Position numbers and translations under genes: made by a program
Source: an uncultured Thermotogae bacterium
GTDB lineage: Bacteria > Bipolaricaulota > Bipolaricaulia > UBA7950 > UBA9294
DNA length: 64,000 nucleotides
Assembly (NCBI GenBank): GCA_964550615.1
Contig: CAZKAB010000002.1
Location: 15,731 to 79,730 of the forward strand
Direction: 5' to 3'
Shown: piece by piece, positions 48,397-57,923 of the stretch
Numbering within the stretch: position 1 is the stretch's first letter
Layout of the letters: each line of letters opens with the position of its first letter
Notes under the pieces: model-generated
Told to the model about the DNA's origin: nothing
Databases searched by the model: none
What the model saw: only the letters and a program-made list of their open reading frames with translations

Positions 48397-49776
48397 ATGA
48401 GGAACGATGTGGCAATAATCGGTGCCGGACCGGGCGGGTATGTGGCGGCTATTCGAATGGCGCAGCTGGGGCTTAGCGTTTCGCTTGTCGAGCAGAGCAA
48501 ACTGGGCGGCGTTTGCCTGAATTGGGGATGCATTCCCACGAAAGCGCTCTATTCAGCCACGAAGACCGTGGAGCGGGCTGCTGCCGGAGCTGAGATGGGG
48601 ATCAAGTTTTCGTCTCCCAAGATCGATCTTCCCACGCTCGCCGCGTGGAAAGAGGACGTTGTCGGGCGGTTGGTGGACGGTATCGGAGCGCTGCTTGACG
48701 GGAACAAAGTAACGGTCGTGCAAGCGCGCGCGACCGTGGCGAGTGTGGGGACGGTCGAGCTGTCGAACGGCGATACGCTCGAGGCGGATCGTATAGTCCT
48801 TGCTACCGGTTCGTCACCGATCGAGATCCCCGGCTTCTCCTTCTCCGATCCGCTTGTCTGGTCATCGGACGATGCGTTGGCCGTCTCGGAAGTACCCAAG
48901 AGGTTGGTTGTCATTGGCGGCGGTGTGATCGGCCTGGAACTTGCCACGATCTACCGGCGGCTCGGTAGTGAAGTGATGGTGATCGAGATGATGCCCGAGA
49001 TCCTGCCTGGGATCGATCTCGACCGTCGCGTGATCGCCACCCTGAAGCGGGCACTCAAGGAGCAAGGGATCACGGTACAGACAAACACCACCGCCGACGC
49101 GCTCGACAAAGATGGCGATACGGCCGTTGTTCATACATCCGCTGGGCCGATTCCGGTCGACCGCGTCCTCTTGGCTGTCGGAAGGCGACCGAATTCGGCT
49201 GGAATCGGACTGGATAATGTGGGGATCGAGCCTGACCGACGCGGATTCGTCGCGGTCGACGCAAAGCTGGAGACCACCGCCCCCGGCGTGTACGCGATCG
49301 GCGACCTCATCCCTGGTCCGATGCTTGCGCACCGCGCATCGGCCGATGGAGAGAGGCTCGCGGAGTTGTTTGTCGGTGAAGATACACCGCTCGACTATGG
49401 AACGATCCCGCAAGCGATATTCACCGACCCCGAGGTCGCATCGGTGGGGGTTTCAGAAGCTCGCGCCAAGCAGAATAGCATAGACGTCATCGTCGGCCGT
49501 TTCCCGTACGCGGCGCTGGGAAAGGCGCAAGGGATGAACGAGACGGCCGGATTCTTTCAGGTGGTCGCCGAGGCCGGATCGCATCGCATCATCGGAGCAC
49601 AAATAATTGGAGCGGAGGCCTCGAGTTTGATCGCGGAGGCGGCGGTGGCGGTGCAAAATGCGCTCACCCTGGAAGCGATTGCCGACTCCGTGCATGCGCA
49701 TCCATCTTTGCCGGAGGGATTGAAAGAAGCGGCCGCGTCGGCTCTAGGAAGAGCGATCCACGCGATTAACCGTTAG
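48397..49776 (+). CDS. lpdA: Dihydrolipoyl dehydrogenase
   Basis: FAD motif GAGPGG, redox-active disulfide GGVCLNWGCIPTK, NAD motif and dimerisation domain. Confidence 0.85.
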   Translation: MRNDVAIIGAGPGGYVAAIRMAQLGLSVSLVEQSKLGGVCLNWGCIPTKALYSATKTVERAAAGAEMGIKFSSPKIDLPTLAAWKEDVVGRLVDGIGALLDGNKVTVVQARATVASVGTVELSNGDTLEADRIVLATGSSPIEIPGFSFSDPLVWSSDDALAVSEVPKRLVVIGGGVIGLELATIYRRLGSEVMVIEMMPEILPGIDLDRRVIATLKRALKEQGITVQTNTTADALDKDGDTAVVHTSAGPIPVDRVLLAVGRRPNSAGIGLDNVGIEPDRRGFVAVDAKLETTAPGVYAIGDLIPGPMLAHRASADGERLAELFVGEDTPLDYGTIPQAIFTDPEVASVGVSEARAKQNSIDVIVGRFPYAALGKAQGMNETAGFFQVVAEAGSHRIIGAQIIGAEASSLIAEAAVAVQNALTLEAIADSVHAHPSLPEGLKEAAASALGRAIHAINR

Positions 49777-49814
49777 CCGAGTGAGCCCGGATTCGCACAG
49801 CGAGATACTCTGAA

Positions 49815-51128
49815 CTAGTCTGCGACCGGTTCCGGCACTGCCGGCTCCGGTGCTACCGGCCCTGGCGCCCCCTCAGGTCTCGCTGACTGTTCTGCCGCAG
49901 TGTGATTCTCCTCGATATGCATGATCGCAGGGATGAAGAAGCTGGCGAGCGCTACGGACAAGCACAGGAAGCCGGCGATGATGAACCATATCTGAATCCC
50001 GAACCGATCGCTCACCGGTCCGGCAATCGCTAGGCCGAGAGGCGAGGAGACCGAGACAAGGCTTCCCAACAAGGCGAAGACACGCCCCTGCATGTTCGGC
50101 GCAATCGTGGTTTGGAAGATCGCCATGATCGGACCGTCGGTCATCGGGATCATGCATCCCAAGAAGAACATGCTTCCAAGGGCGACCGGAAAAAGATACG
50201 AGGGCGTAAAACCAAGCACGACTATCCCTAATCCGACGCCTCCCAGTCCCATGAGCAGGGTGAATACCTTGCGGCGAAATCCTCCCCACGCGCTCAGTGC
50301 AATGCCGCCTGCAACCATGCCGATTCCCGTGATCGATTCCAGCAGGCTCAGTTCACCGGCTCCGCCGCCGAAGTGGCTCTTAACAAGCAGTGGAAGAAGC
50401 GAGAATGCCGGCGTGAGGGCAATCTTGAAGATGAGAGCGCCGGATATGAGGGCAACCGCCCCCGGCCACCCGCGCAGATAGCGAAAGCCGTCGCGTAGGT
50501 CGTGCCACACCGACTGCATCTTTGCTCCTACCCCTTCTGCGCGAACCGGCTGTGGAATAGGGATGAACATCAGCGGTATCACCGCGAACAGCGCGGTACC
50601 AACGTCGACCAGCATTACTCCGTGCAACGGCAGTAGGGCTAGGAGGAGTGCGCCGAGCGGCGGTCCGGCGATCGTGAGCATGCCGTTCATTGTCTGATTG
50701 AGCCCGGCTACGCGCGTCAAGTGCCGTTCGGGGACCATGAGCGACGTTGAGGCCGCCATCGCAGGCCATTGGAACACGTCTCCCAGTGAACGGGCGAGCA
50801 TGACGATGTATACGTGCCACACCTGCATCGCCCCGGTCCAGAACATGTACGCCAGCCACAGCGACACGAGCGCGATGAAGCTGTCGGAGACGAGAAGTAC
50901 CATGCGCCGATTCCAGCGGTCGACGAATGCGCCAGCGAGCGGGCCGAGCAAAATCTGGGGAATCAGGGCTACCGTTGTTGCAGTGGCAAGCACGGTAGCT
51001 GATCCTGTCGTTGTGGTGAGCCACCACACTAGCGCGAACTGCGCGGCGCGGCTGCCGGAAAGCGAAAGCTGCTCACCGATCCAAATTGTGAAAAAGCGTG
51101 ATTTCCAGTTCTTTACTACCTCTACCAT
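49815..51128 (-). CDS. MFS transporter
   Basis: 12 TM helices with an MFS pattern, including a DRWNRR-like motif after TM2. Confidence 0.75.
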   Translation of the reverse strand: MVEVVKNWKSRFFTIWIGEQLSLSGSRAAQFALVWWLTTTTGSATVLATATTVALIPQILLGPLAGAFVDRWNRRMVLLVSDSFIALVSLWLAYMFWTGAMQVWHVYIVMLARSLGDVFQWPAMAASTSLMVPERHLTRVAGLNQTMNGMLTIAGPPLGALLLALLPLHGVMLVDVGTALFAVIPLMFIPIPQPVRAEGVGAKMQSVWHDLRDGFRYLRGWPGAVALISGALIFKIALTPAFSLLPLLVKSHFGGGAGELSLLESITGIGMVAGGIALSAWGGFRRKVFTLLMGLGGVGLGIVVLGFTPSYLFPVALGSMFFLGCMIPMTDGPIMAIFQTTIAPNMQGRVFALLGSLVSVSSPLGLAIAGPVSDRFGIQIWFIIAGFLCLSVALASFFIPAIMHIEENHTAAEQSARPEGAPGPVAPEPAVPEPVAD

Positions 51129-51202
51129 TGATCTACCTCAGCAAATTCTCTGGTTTGTCTTGTTAGTCGTTGTCCCCTCGGGATCGGTTCACCCGCCCTG
51201 AC

Positions 51203-51943
51203 TCATATCTTTGTCTGCTTGTCCACCTTGGCGTTGGGGTGGATGCGCAGCGATTCGCTATATTCGACAAGCGTTATGTGACAACCCTGCCCGATCTCGA
51301 CCTCTTTTCCCCGCACCACATCAGCGATGGTATCTTCCAGTCGAATTTCGTCGCCCTCAATCTGCGCAGTGCGCAGCTCAGCTATTCCCCCGCCGGAGAA
51401 GAGCTTGATCAGGCCATCTAGTATGATCCCTTTCTCCTTCCATCCGCCACGCTCGACCTCGATCCGTGCCCCTCCGATTTCCTTTGCCTGGCAGCGGCCG
51501 CCGATGTGCACCTCAACCTTGTCCGCCGAGAGGAGCCCGTCGATCTTGAATCCACCAGTTGCCTTGAATATCTCGGCTTCTACATCGCCGCCGACGTGCA
51601 GATCGCCGGTCGTCTTTATGTACTCCGAGGACAGCCCGCCGGCGACCTTGAACGTTCCCGAGCACTTCATTTCTTTTACCTTGGCGCGCCCTTCAACGCG
51701 GGCGCTGCCGCTCACGCGCATTTCATCGGAAACAACGTCTTCGGTGAAGACCGCACTTCCGGATGCCACTATCTGCGTCGCCTCGGCGCGCCCCTGCACT
51801 TTCCCTGCTCCGGAGATGCGAAGCTCCTCGGCGATTATGTCGCCGGTAATCTTGCCTGCACCGGAGATGGTAATCCGTGTATAAGTTCCTCCGCCGATCG
51901 TTCCTGCGCCGGATATGCTGGCTGAATTACCCTTATCGTTCAT
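51203..51943 (-). CDS. Polymer-forming / bactofilin-like repeat protein (YhbE/YhbF-like, DUF4097-type)
   Basis: Repeated ISGAGKI/VSGSARV/CSGTFKV beta-helical repeats. Immediately downstream of a YhbD-like gene, as in the B. subtilis yhbDEF arrangement. Confidence 0.5.
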   Translation of the reverse strand: MNDKGNSASISGAGTIGGGTYTRITISGAGKITGDIIAEELRISGAGKVQGRAEATQIVASGSAVFTEDVVSDEMRVSGSARVEGRAKVKEMKCSGTFKVAGGLSSEYIKTTGDLHVGGDVEAEIFKATGGFKIDGLLSADKVEVHIGGRCQAKEIGGARIEVERGGWKEKGIILDGLIKLFSGGGIAELRTAQIEGDEIRLEDTIADVVRGKEVEIGQGCHITLVEYSESLRIHPNAKVDKQTKI

Positions 51944-51964
51944 CTCTTCCTCCCGTTCAATATG

Positions 51965-52696
51965 CTATCCGTTTTCTGAAGGTTCTTGCTCTTCCCTTGA
52001 TCGGCGCGCATTCCCTGCGGATCCATCCTGATGGCCGAAATCGAGCTTGATCGTCTCAAGCACTCCTTGCAGGTCGACTGACTGCACGACCTCGATCCCT
52101 GGGTCGAACATCGCTCCTTCCTGCGAGATGATCACAAGACTGATCTCAGCCGAAATGCCAGCCGCCGCCAGTCGCTTGCGCAAGAGATAGAGGAAAAGCC
52201 GCTCCGAACGGACCCTCTCCATCAAGCCCTTGGAAATCGCGCGGTCCAACGTCTGCTTAGCGAGGTCTATCTCCTCGGAGCGTGCCGTCTTTTCCAGCTT
52301 GCTCAGCACTCCCACGCACAGCGTGTCGGCGAGGGGCAGTGTCTGTTTGTCGGCTTCTTTGCCGCAATTGATGTGGCATATTTTGACTACCTGCTCGTCG
52401 AGCCACCCCAGATTCCTCAGGCGAGAAAAAGCAACCTCCAGCTTTTCGTTCACCTGTGAGGTGATCAGATTGGCCAGTTCATCGAGAGGGAGGTTCTCCT
52501 TCATCTCCTTTATTCTCTCAATGCGGGCGATGATCTTGTCGGCAGGGAAAAACGTCTCCTGTCCGGTGAACGTGGACTGACGGATGAACCAGTCCTCCGG
52601 GATGAGCCCCTTGCGCTTCCAGCGGTAGAGCTGCCCATAGGATATCCTCAGTTTTTCTAACACGTCCTTCTTTGAAATCAGTCTCTCTTCAGACAT
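51965..52696 (-). CDS. YhbD-like protein (DUF4004; N-terminal MerR-like HTH)
   Basis: N-terminus …ISKKDVLEKLRISYGQLYRWKRKGLIPEDWFIRQSTFTGQETFFPADKIIARIERIK… is typical of DUF4004. Start refined to the ATG at 52696 with a GGAGG RBS. Confidence 0.5.
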   Translation of the reverse strand: MSEERLISKKDVLEKLRISYGQLYRWKRKGLIPEDWFIRQSTFTGQETFFPADKIIARIERIKEMKENLPLDELANLITSQVNEKLEVAFSRLRNLGWLDEQVVKICHINCGKEADKQTLPLADTLCVGVLSKLEKTARSEEIDLAKQTLDRAISKGLMERVRSERLFLYLLRKRLAAAGISAEISLVIISQEGAMFDPGIEVVQSVDLQGVLETIKLDFGHQDGSAGNARRSREEQEPSENG

Positions 52697-53018
52697 CTCC
52701 GCCTCCGCAGTCATTGGAACAACACACTGTTATGGACACCCACTACAGACATGTCCTTTGGCTTCAGCGCAAAGGATCTCCAACGGTTGGGAATTTCTTC
52801 TCTTGCGTGGGACCAGCATCTTCAGTATTCGATTACGGTTTGACTTTTCAATCAAATCCGCTCTCCTCATCTCCGCGAGTTTCTCCAGCTCATATGTCGA
52901 CTGATACATGCCTCGCACCTCCCGCGATGCTTGTCGCGGAAGCAGTATAACATAACACTGTTACGTTGTCAAGAGACACATATCTTTCCTTGAATATCGT
53001 TCCTACACGCAGTTTTGT

Positions 53019-54347
53019 CTAAGTGCCCTCACCCACAACGCTTACGCCGTCGACGGCAATTGCTGGAGCCAGAAGCGCCCCGTGAGCCCACTCGGCCTTT
53101 CTGCCCACCCCGATCAGACTATCCCGCAACAGTGTGTACACGTTTCCTGCAATCATCGTGTTCTTCACTCTGCCGACAACCCTCCCATTCTCGATCTTGA
53201 AAGCCACGGCCACGTTGTTTGAGAATTCGCCGGCGTTGATGTTCCCTTGCCCGAGGCCGAGCACGCTCTCCACAAGCAACCCTTCCTCGATCTCTGAGAT
53301 CAGTTTTTCTTCCGCTGCTTTCCCCTCGGCAACGATCACATTGTTCATCCCGATTGCCGGCACATTCCGAAAACCGCCGCCGAACAGACCGCCCTTGTAC
53401 CCGTTTCCGGTTGAACGGGTACCGGCGAGCGCTGCCGTGCGTAGGTCGTAAGTGAATGCCTTCACAGTTCCATCTGAGATGAGAGATGTTGCCATTGTTG
53501 GTATGCCCTCATCATCGAACCCGCCGCTGCGCGGCCCGAACGGTACGGTGCCGTCGTCGGTGACCGAGAATCGTTCATCGAACACCTTTTCTCCCATCCG
53601 GCCCTTCAAAGGAGAGGTTCCCATGTATACAGCTTTTCCGTTGAAGCCGACGATCAGAGGCAGGAGAAGCGTGATCGTTCCGTTCGGCGTAAACACAACA
53701 GGAAGCGGCCGACTCGCTACCGGTGCAAGCTTCTTCCCATATTCCAAGAGGCGTGTTAGCCGTGCGAGCATCGCTTCAGGCTTGAAATCATCGAACCGTC
53801 GCACGCTGGCGCTGTCGGAGAGGATAAAGATATCGCCTTCTCGCGCTTTTGAGACCTCAAGGGAAACCGAGAACAGGGTCCGTTTGTCCTCAAGCTGGCG
53901 GTCGCTTGTGTTCTCGATCGATACGCGTTCAATCGATTTGGCCAGCGATATGTTTATATCGACCTCTGAATCGAGCTTCGTCAAACGAGAAATGAGATGA
54001 TCACCCAAGGTGATCATCTCTTCTTCGCTGAGTGCGGCGATGGCGGGATCGTACACGCTTACAGGTGTGGGCGCGTCCGTCTCCGGAAAGCGAAAATCCA
54101 CCGTGTCACCGAACGCCGACGCAGCAACGGCGGCATCGATCAGCGTATTCTGGTCCTCCATATCGGTTGTCGTGGCGAACCCAAGCTTGCCGTCGGCTAT
54201 CACACGAAGTGCCATTCCCTCCGTCTCGTTGGTCTTGATCGAATCGAGATGTCCCGACGTGAACTGAATCGGCACTGTCCGTGATCGAATGCGGTAAACC
54301 TCCCCCTGGTCAACTCTTGCGGCGAGCCTCTCGATGAGAGCGTTCAT
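53019..54347 (-). CDS. pmbA: Metalloprotease PmbA/TldE (TldD/PmbA family)
   Basis: TldE/PmbA family similarity across the full length. ATG at 54347 overlaps the tldD stop (TGATG), with an AGGAGG RBS. Confidence 0.8.
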   Translation of the reverse strand: MNALIERLAARVDQGEVYRIRSRTVPIQFTSGHLDSIKTNETEGMALRVIADGKLGFATTTDMEDQNTLIDAAVAASAFGDTVDFRFPETDAPTPVSVYDPAIAALSEEEMITLGDHLISRLTKLDSEVDINISLAKSIERVSIENTSDRQLEDKRTLFSVSLEVSKAREGDIFILSDSASVRRFDDFKPEAMLARLTRLLEYGKKLAPVASRPLPVVFTPNGTITLLLPLIVGFNGKAVYMGTSPLKGRMGEKVFDERFSVTDDGTVPFGPRSGGFDDEGIPTMATSLISDGTVKAFTYDLRTAALAGTRSTGNGYKGGLFGGGFRNVPAIGMNNVIVAEGKAAEEKLISEIEEGLLVESVLGLGQGNINAGEFSNNVAVAFKIENGRVVGRVKNTMIAGNVYTLLRDSLIGVGRKAEWAHGALLAPAIAVDGVSVVGEGT

Positions 54348-55723
54348 CACTTTCCTCCTATCGTCACCTTGCGTGCGCGGATGTGGGGAGCGCCGGCGGT
54401 TACTGGGAGAGGGCTTTGTTCACCCTTTCCGCACCCGCCCGAGCTGCCTTCGATCTTCAGATCGGGTCCGATCATGTCGATCGCGCGCAGTGTCTCGAAC
54501 AGATTCCCGGTGAGAACGACGTCCTTCAACAGGTCTCCCACTTCTCCATCTCGAATCTCGTAGGCATACGCTGCGGAGAACGTGAACTGCTCAAAGACCG
54601 TCTCTCCGCCGTACGCCTTCACCGCGTACACGCCGCGATCGATGCCGCGAAGCATCTCCTCAAATGTGTCGCTTCCCGGTTCGATGTACGTGTTTGTCAT
54701 ACGAACGATTGGCTCGAACGCATACGACACGGCACGTGCGTTTCCGGTGGGCGATGCCCCCATCTTCTTTGCCGTCTGACGGGAGTGGAGGAGGTTTGTC
54801 AGAACTCCATTCTTGATCAGGTACGTCTTGGCGCGTGCAACCCCTTCGTCGTCATACGGCGTGTTGCCGCGCAGGCCCGGGATGTATCCGTCATCGACAA
54901 CGTTCAGGTTCTTTTCCGCGAAACGGGTTCCGATGGTCATTATCTTCTTCAGTCGTTCGTTCTGATAAAGAAAATCGGCCTCGCAGAAGTGACCGAATGC
55001 CTCGTGGATGAACACGCCGGCAAGTTCCGGGTCGAGAATGACCGTGTACTTGCCTCCCTCCACCGAGCGAGCGGCGACAAGATCGATCGCCCGCTTGGCA
55101 ACGGCGCGTGCTTCGTCCTCTCGATTCAGCACCACGTCGAATCCGCCTGCCTCTCCAAGAGACTTGAAGCCCTGCTGGATGTTCGCCGCACCATCGCTTG
55201 CCACCGCGACCAGAAGCAACGTTACGTCCGGAATCTCCTGCGCAATGAACGTTCCCTCCGAGTTGGCGTAGGTGACCTCGCGGAAGGAGTCGTTATAGCG
55301 CACGCGTGTCGATACGATACGCTTGTCGTGATTCAAGAGAAGGTCATTATACGACTCCGCCAAGCGCTTCTTCTTCTCAAGCGGGACGGTTCTAAAATCG
55401 TTCTCTATCTCGGCGCGCACCGATTCCTGCACTACCGGTGCATCGGCAAGTTTCACCGGCTCGTCGCGCCGTGCCGCGACTAAACGTGCGGTGCGCGTCG
55501 CCTCAGCCACCTTGGCTGGAAGCTTCGCGGGATCGTTGAGTACCGCGATCCCCCAGCCACCGTCGCAGAGGCAGCGAACAATCCCTCCCAATTCGCTCGA
55601 TTGTTCCAGGTTTTCCAGCTTGTCCCGCTGAAAGTCCGCCTGGCTCCGCTCTTCCCGCTCGATGCGGACTTCCGTATAATCGGCGTCGCTTCCTGCGATC
55701 GCCTTTCTTACAAGATCCTCCAC
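54347..55723 (-). CDS. tldD: Metalloprotease TldD
   Basis: TldD family with HExxxH-like metal site (…FIHEAFGHFCEAD…). GTG start at 55723 with an AAGGAGG RBS is preferred over the ORF-track TTG at 55780. Confidence 0.8.
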   Translation of the reverse strand: MEDLVRKAIAGSDADYTEVRIEREERSQADFQRDKLENLEQSSELGGIVRCLCDGGWGIAVLNDPAKLPAKVAEATRTARLVAARRDEPVKLADAPVVQESVRAEIENDFRTVPLEKKKRLAESYNDLLLNHDKRIVSTRVRYNDSFREVTYANSEGTFIAQEIPDVTLLLVAVASDGAANIQQGFKSLGEAGGFDVVLNREDEARAVAKRAIDLVAARSVEGGKYTVILDPELAGVFIHEAFGHFCEADFLYQNERLKKIMTIGTRFAEKNLNVVDDGYIPGLRGNTPYDDEGVARAKTYLIKNGVLTNLLHSRQTAKKMGASPTGNARAVSYAFEPIVRMTNTYIEPGSDTFEEMLRGIDRGVYAVKAYGGETVFEQFTFSAAYAYEIRDGEVGDLLKDVVLTGNLFETLRAIDMIGPDLKIEGSSGGCGKGEQSPLPVTAGAPHIRARKVTIGGK

Positions 55724-56430
55724 GCGTGTGCCTCCTTTCCGGCTTCTCGCCAGGTTAGCACTAGCTGGCTGTGGTTTCAAACGACTGACGCAGGCCTAGA
55801 CAACTGCTTCCATGTATTGCTCCCGCTTGCTCATACTGTAATCATTATTCTATGCCTCATATTAGACGATACCCCCATAGCCGTGAGTAGAATCAAGCTC
55901 AACGTTCAATTGCTTGCTGCTCCTGCCGTTGACGGATCGTAACGGGTTGCCTGTTCTTATAATTGGTCGTTGTTTGCCTAGCGTAGGCTTCCCGATTCAT
56001 TTCTGTATCTTGGACTGGTGGCCGGCCTTGGCGTCCGGTTCAACCCGCAATGAATGGCCACAGCCGGCAAGAGATATTGCATGCTGCCTCAGCAAGATGA
56101 GATTACCCCGCATCTGGAACGTGGATCCGCCGGGCATTTGCCTCGGTACGATTTTCATTGATCGAGGCGGCGGCGGGGTTGTGGTTGTCGCAGTGGGCAC
56201 GCTGAACATGGGTGTGGTCTTCCTTTCCGCATGGCTTCTTCCAGTGCTGGAGATGGACTGGACCCCATCTATCCGGGAAACATGACGATCGACCGAGTGA
56301 TACGATTCTGGAATCGGATGAATTTTGTTTTCCTTGCCCCGCCTTCGACCCCGTGACTGTGTCCTGAGTGGCCGGGCGGTTGGAGATGATCGGCGAAGTG
56401 CTGCTATAATGATTTCCTAATGGAGGGGCA

Positions 56431-56937
56431 ATGGGTGATCTATTGCAGCTGATCCAAACACGACGTTCCGTGCGGGCGTTCACGTCAGTTGCGGTTTCGC
56501 GGGTGCAGATCGAGGCGATTCTCGAAGCGGGGCGATTCGCGCCATCGGGCAAGAACACGCAACCGTGGCGATTCGTCGTGGTGGAGAGTGCCGGCAAGAA
56601 ACAAGCGTTGGCCGAGCTCGCACCCCAGTCAGGAATGGTCGCAACCGCTGCGGTGACACTCGCTGTGCTCCTTGATCGGGATGCCGGGTACAATGAGCTA
56701 AAGGACGCACAAGGAATCGGAGCGGCGATCGAGAATATCCTCCTTGCGGTGCACGCTCTCGGCCTCGGCGCCTGCTGGATGGGCAGGGCACGCGACGCGG
56801 CCATCGAAGGTATCGTTGGTGCGAGAAATAGCGAGGAACTAATGGCGATAATTCCGATCGGGCATCCCGCGGATGCTGATGAGACTGCAGCGGAGAAATC
56901 GCGGCTTCCGCTTGATCAATTGACTCGGTTTGTCTGA
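56431..56937 (+). CDS. Nitroreductase family protein (FMN-dependent)
   Basis: Nitroreductase motifs (RRSVRAF… APSGKNTQPWRFVVV…), 168 aa. Confidence 0.8.
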   Translation: MGDLLQLIQTRRSVRAFTSVAVSRVQIEAILEAGRFAPSGKNTQPWRFVVVESAGKKQALAELAPQSGMVATAAVTLAVLLDRDAGYNELKDAQGIGAAIENILLAVHALGLGACWMGRARDAAIEGIVGARNSEELMAIIPIGHPADADETAAEKSRLPLDQLTRFV

Positions 56938-56985
56938 CATGGCGAGGATGAGACAGAGGCCAAGATCAAGCGAGGATAACATCGA

Positions 56986-57531
56986 ATGATCATATTTGCC
57001 TGGATCGTGCGCGTGCTGTTGCTCTTAATCCTGTTGCCGTTTCTCCTCCCGCTCGGGCTTATCTTTTCCACGGTCTTTCTGTCGCCGCTTGCGCTGGCCA
57101 TGTTCATATTGGCGGTGGTGCTACTGGCGCTCGGGATCGTGCTGGGGATCGCTCTCGGCGTAATCGGGAACCTGGTCGATCTGCTGATCGTTGTCGGGCT
57201 GATCGGCATCGTCTGGCACTGGCCGCGGGGAATTAAGGGGAGATTCGGGGACAAGCTTCGCCTCTCCTATCGCAGAATGCGAAACACAGTGCACCGCCTG
57301 GCGCGGCAATGCACAGCCGCCGATCTCGCCCTCTGTTTGGTCGTAGTGCTGATCGCAATGGTGTTGAGCCTCTCTTCGGGGATCATCCACTTCCTGTTCA
57401 CGCTTGTGGTCATTCTCGCAGTAATCGGAGTTGTGTGGAAGTGGCCGCGCAACCCACACCTGCACTTCTTTGCCAAACTGCGGCTTGCGCTCATCGCATT
57501 GCGCGACGAAATACGCGGTCTTTTCCACTGA
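56986..57531 (+). CDS. Hypothetical polytopic membrane protein with internal duplication (VW[HK]WPR…KLRL repeat)
   Basis: Two repeated modules: TM-TM-IGIVWHWPRG…KLRLSYRR and TM-TM-IGVVWKWPRN…KLRLALIA. No recognised family. Confidence 0.4.
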   Translation: MIIFAWIVRVLLLLILLPFLLPLGLIFSTVFLSPLALAMFILAVVLLALGIVLGIALGVIGNLVDLLIVVGLIGIVWHWPRGIKGRFGDKLRLSYRRMRNTVHRLARQCTAADLALCLVVVLIAMVLSLSSGIIHFLFTLVVILAVIGVVWKWPRNPHLHFFAKLRLALIALRDEIRGLFH

Positions 57532-57533
57532 AT

Positions 57534-57579
57534 GTAGAGGTTGGTTCGAATCGGAAATACCGGCTTTTACAACCTCTAC
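57534..57579. terminator. Bidirectional terminator-like hairpin (10-bp perfect inverted repeat GTAGAGGTTG … CAACCTCTAC)
   Basis: Read directly from the sequence. It sits between a convergent gene pair, 3 nt after the + gene stop, and its right arm contains the YciI-like stop. Confidence 0.5.
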
Positions 57580-57888
57580 TCCCGCTGCAAGGCGATCCTG
57601 TAAGGGAATAGCTCGGCGCGCATCACGCCGTTGCGTGCAGCAGGATCGTTGCTCATTATGCTCGCGGCTGCTTCGTCCGTCTCCGCCTCAAAGATAACGA
57701 TTCCAAACGAGCTTTCGTCCGTGTTCAGGGTTCGTCCGGCGAGGATTAGTACTCCACATCTTTATCAGCGCCTGCAAGTAGGAGAAGTGCTCTGCGACGG
57801 ACGTCTCTTCTTCCGGCGTTGGGCCGTGTGTGAGCATTCCGGGACGTGTCGGCTGAATCTTGTACAGATACTGATTTGGCTCAGGCAC
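57576..57888 (-). pseudogene. YciI-like (Dabb-fold) family gene disrupted by a single-nucleotide frameshift
   Basis: Frame A reads VPEPNQYLYKIQPTRPGMLTHGPTPEEETSVAEHFSYLQALIKM. Around 57776-57782 (ATGTGG) the +1 frame continues GVLILAGRTLNTDESSFGIVIFEAETDEAAASIMSNDPAARNGVMRAELFPYRIALQRE*. Together they form a complete ~100-aa YciI-like protein. The gene length is 3n+1, and there is an AGGAGA RBS before the GTG. Confidence 0.6.
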
Positions 57889-57923
57889 GCCCGCTCTCCT
57901 GCCCTCGTGAAGGTCTTCGGGCG

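Noticed and set aside
55914-56285. 123-aa + strand ORF (and a 70-aa - strand ORF) in the tldD upstream gap
   Set aside because: It has a poly-Gly/Val low-complexity core (GGGGVVVVAVG), no RBS and no family resemblance. It is likely non-coding, and the region is flagged instead for a small-ORF or sRNA search.
56285-56330. tmRNA-like stretch GATTCTGGAATCGGATG resembling the tmRNA 5' region (GAUUCUGGAUUCGACGGG)
   Set aside because: No GGGG acceptor-stem start, no tag-peptide reading frame, no 3' CCACCA-compatible end. The similarity is confined to about 15 nt, so it is probably chance.
56431-56937. Nitroreductase as a McbC/SagB-type azoline dehydrogenase of a RiPP cluster
   Set aside because: At 168 aa it is the size of classical NAD(P)H nitroreductases, and there is no cyclodehydratase or precursor nearby. 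It is kept only as a low-probability note in the findings.
57545-57556. tRNA T-loop-like GGTTCGAATCGG
   Set aside because: The flanking sequence cannot form a T-stem (GTTGG versus CGGAA) or the rest of a cloverleaf. It is simply the loop of the bidirectional terminator hairpin.
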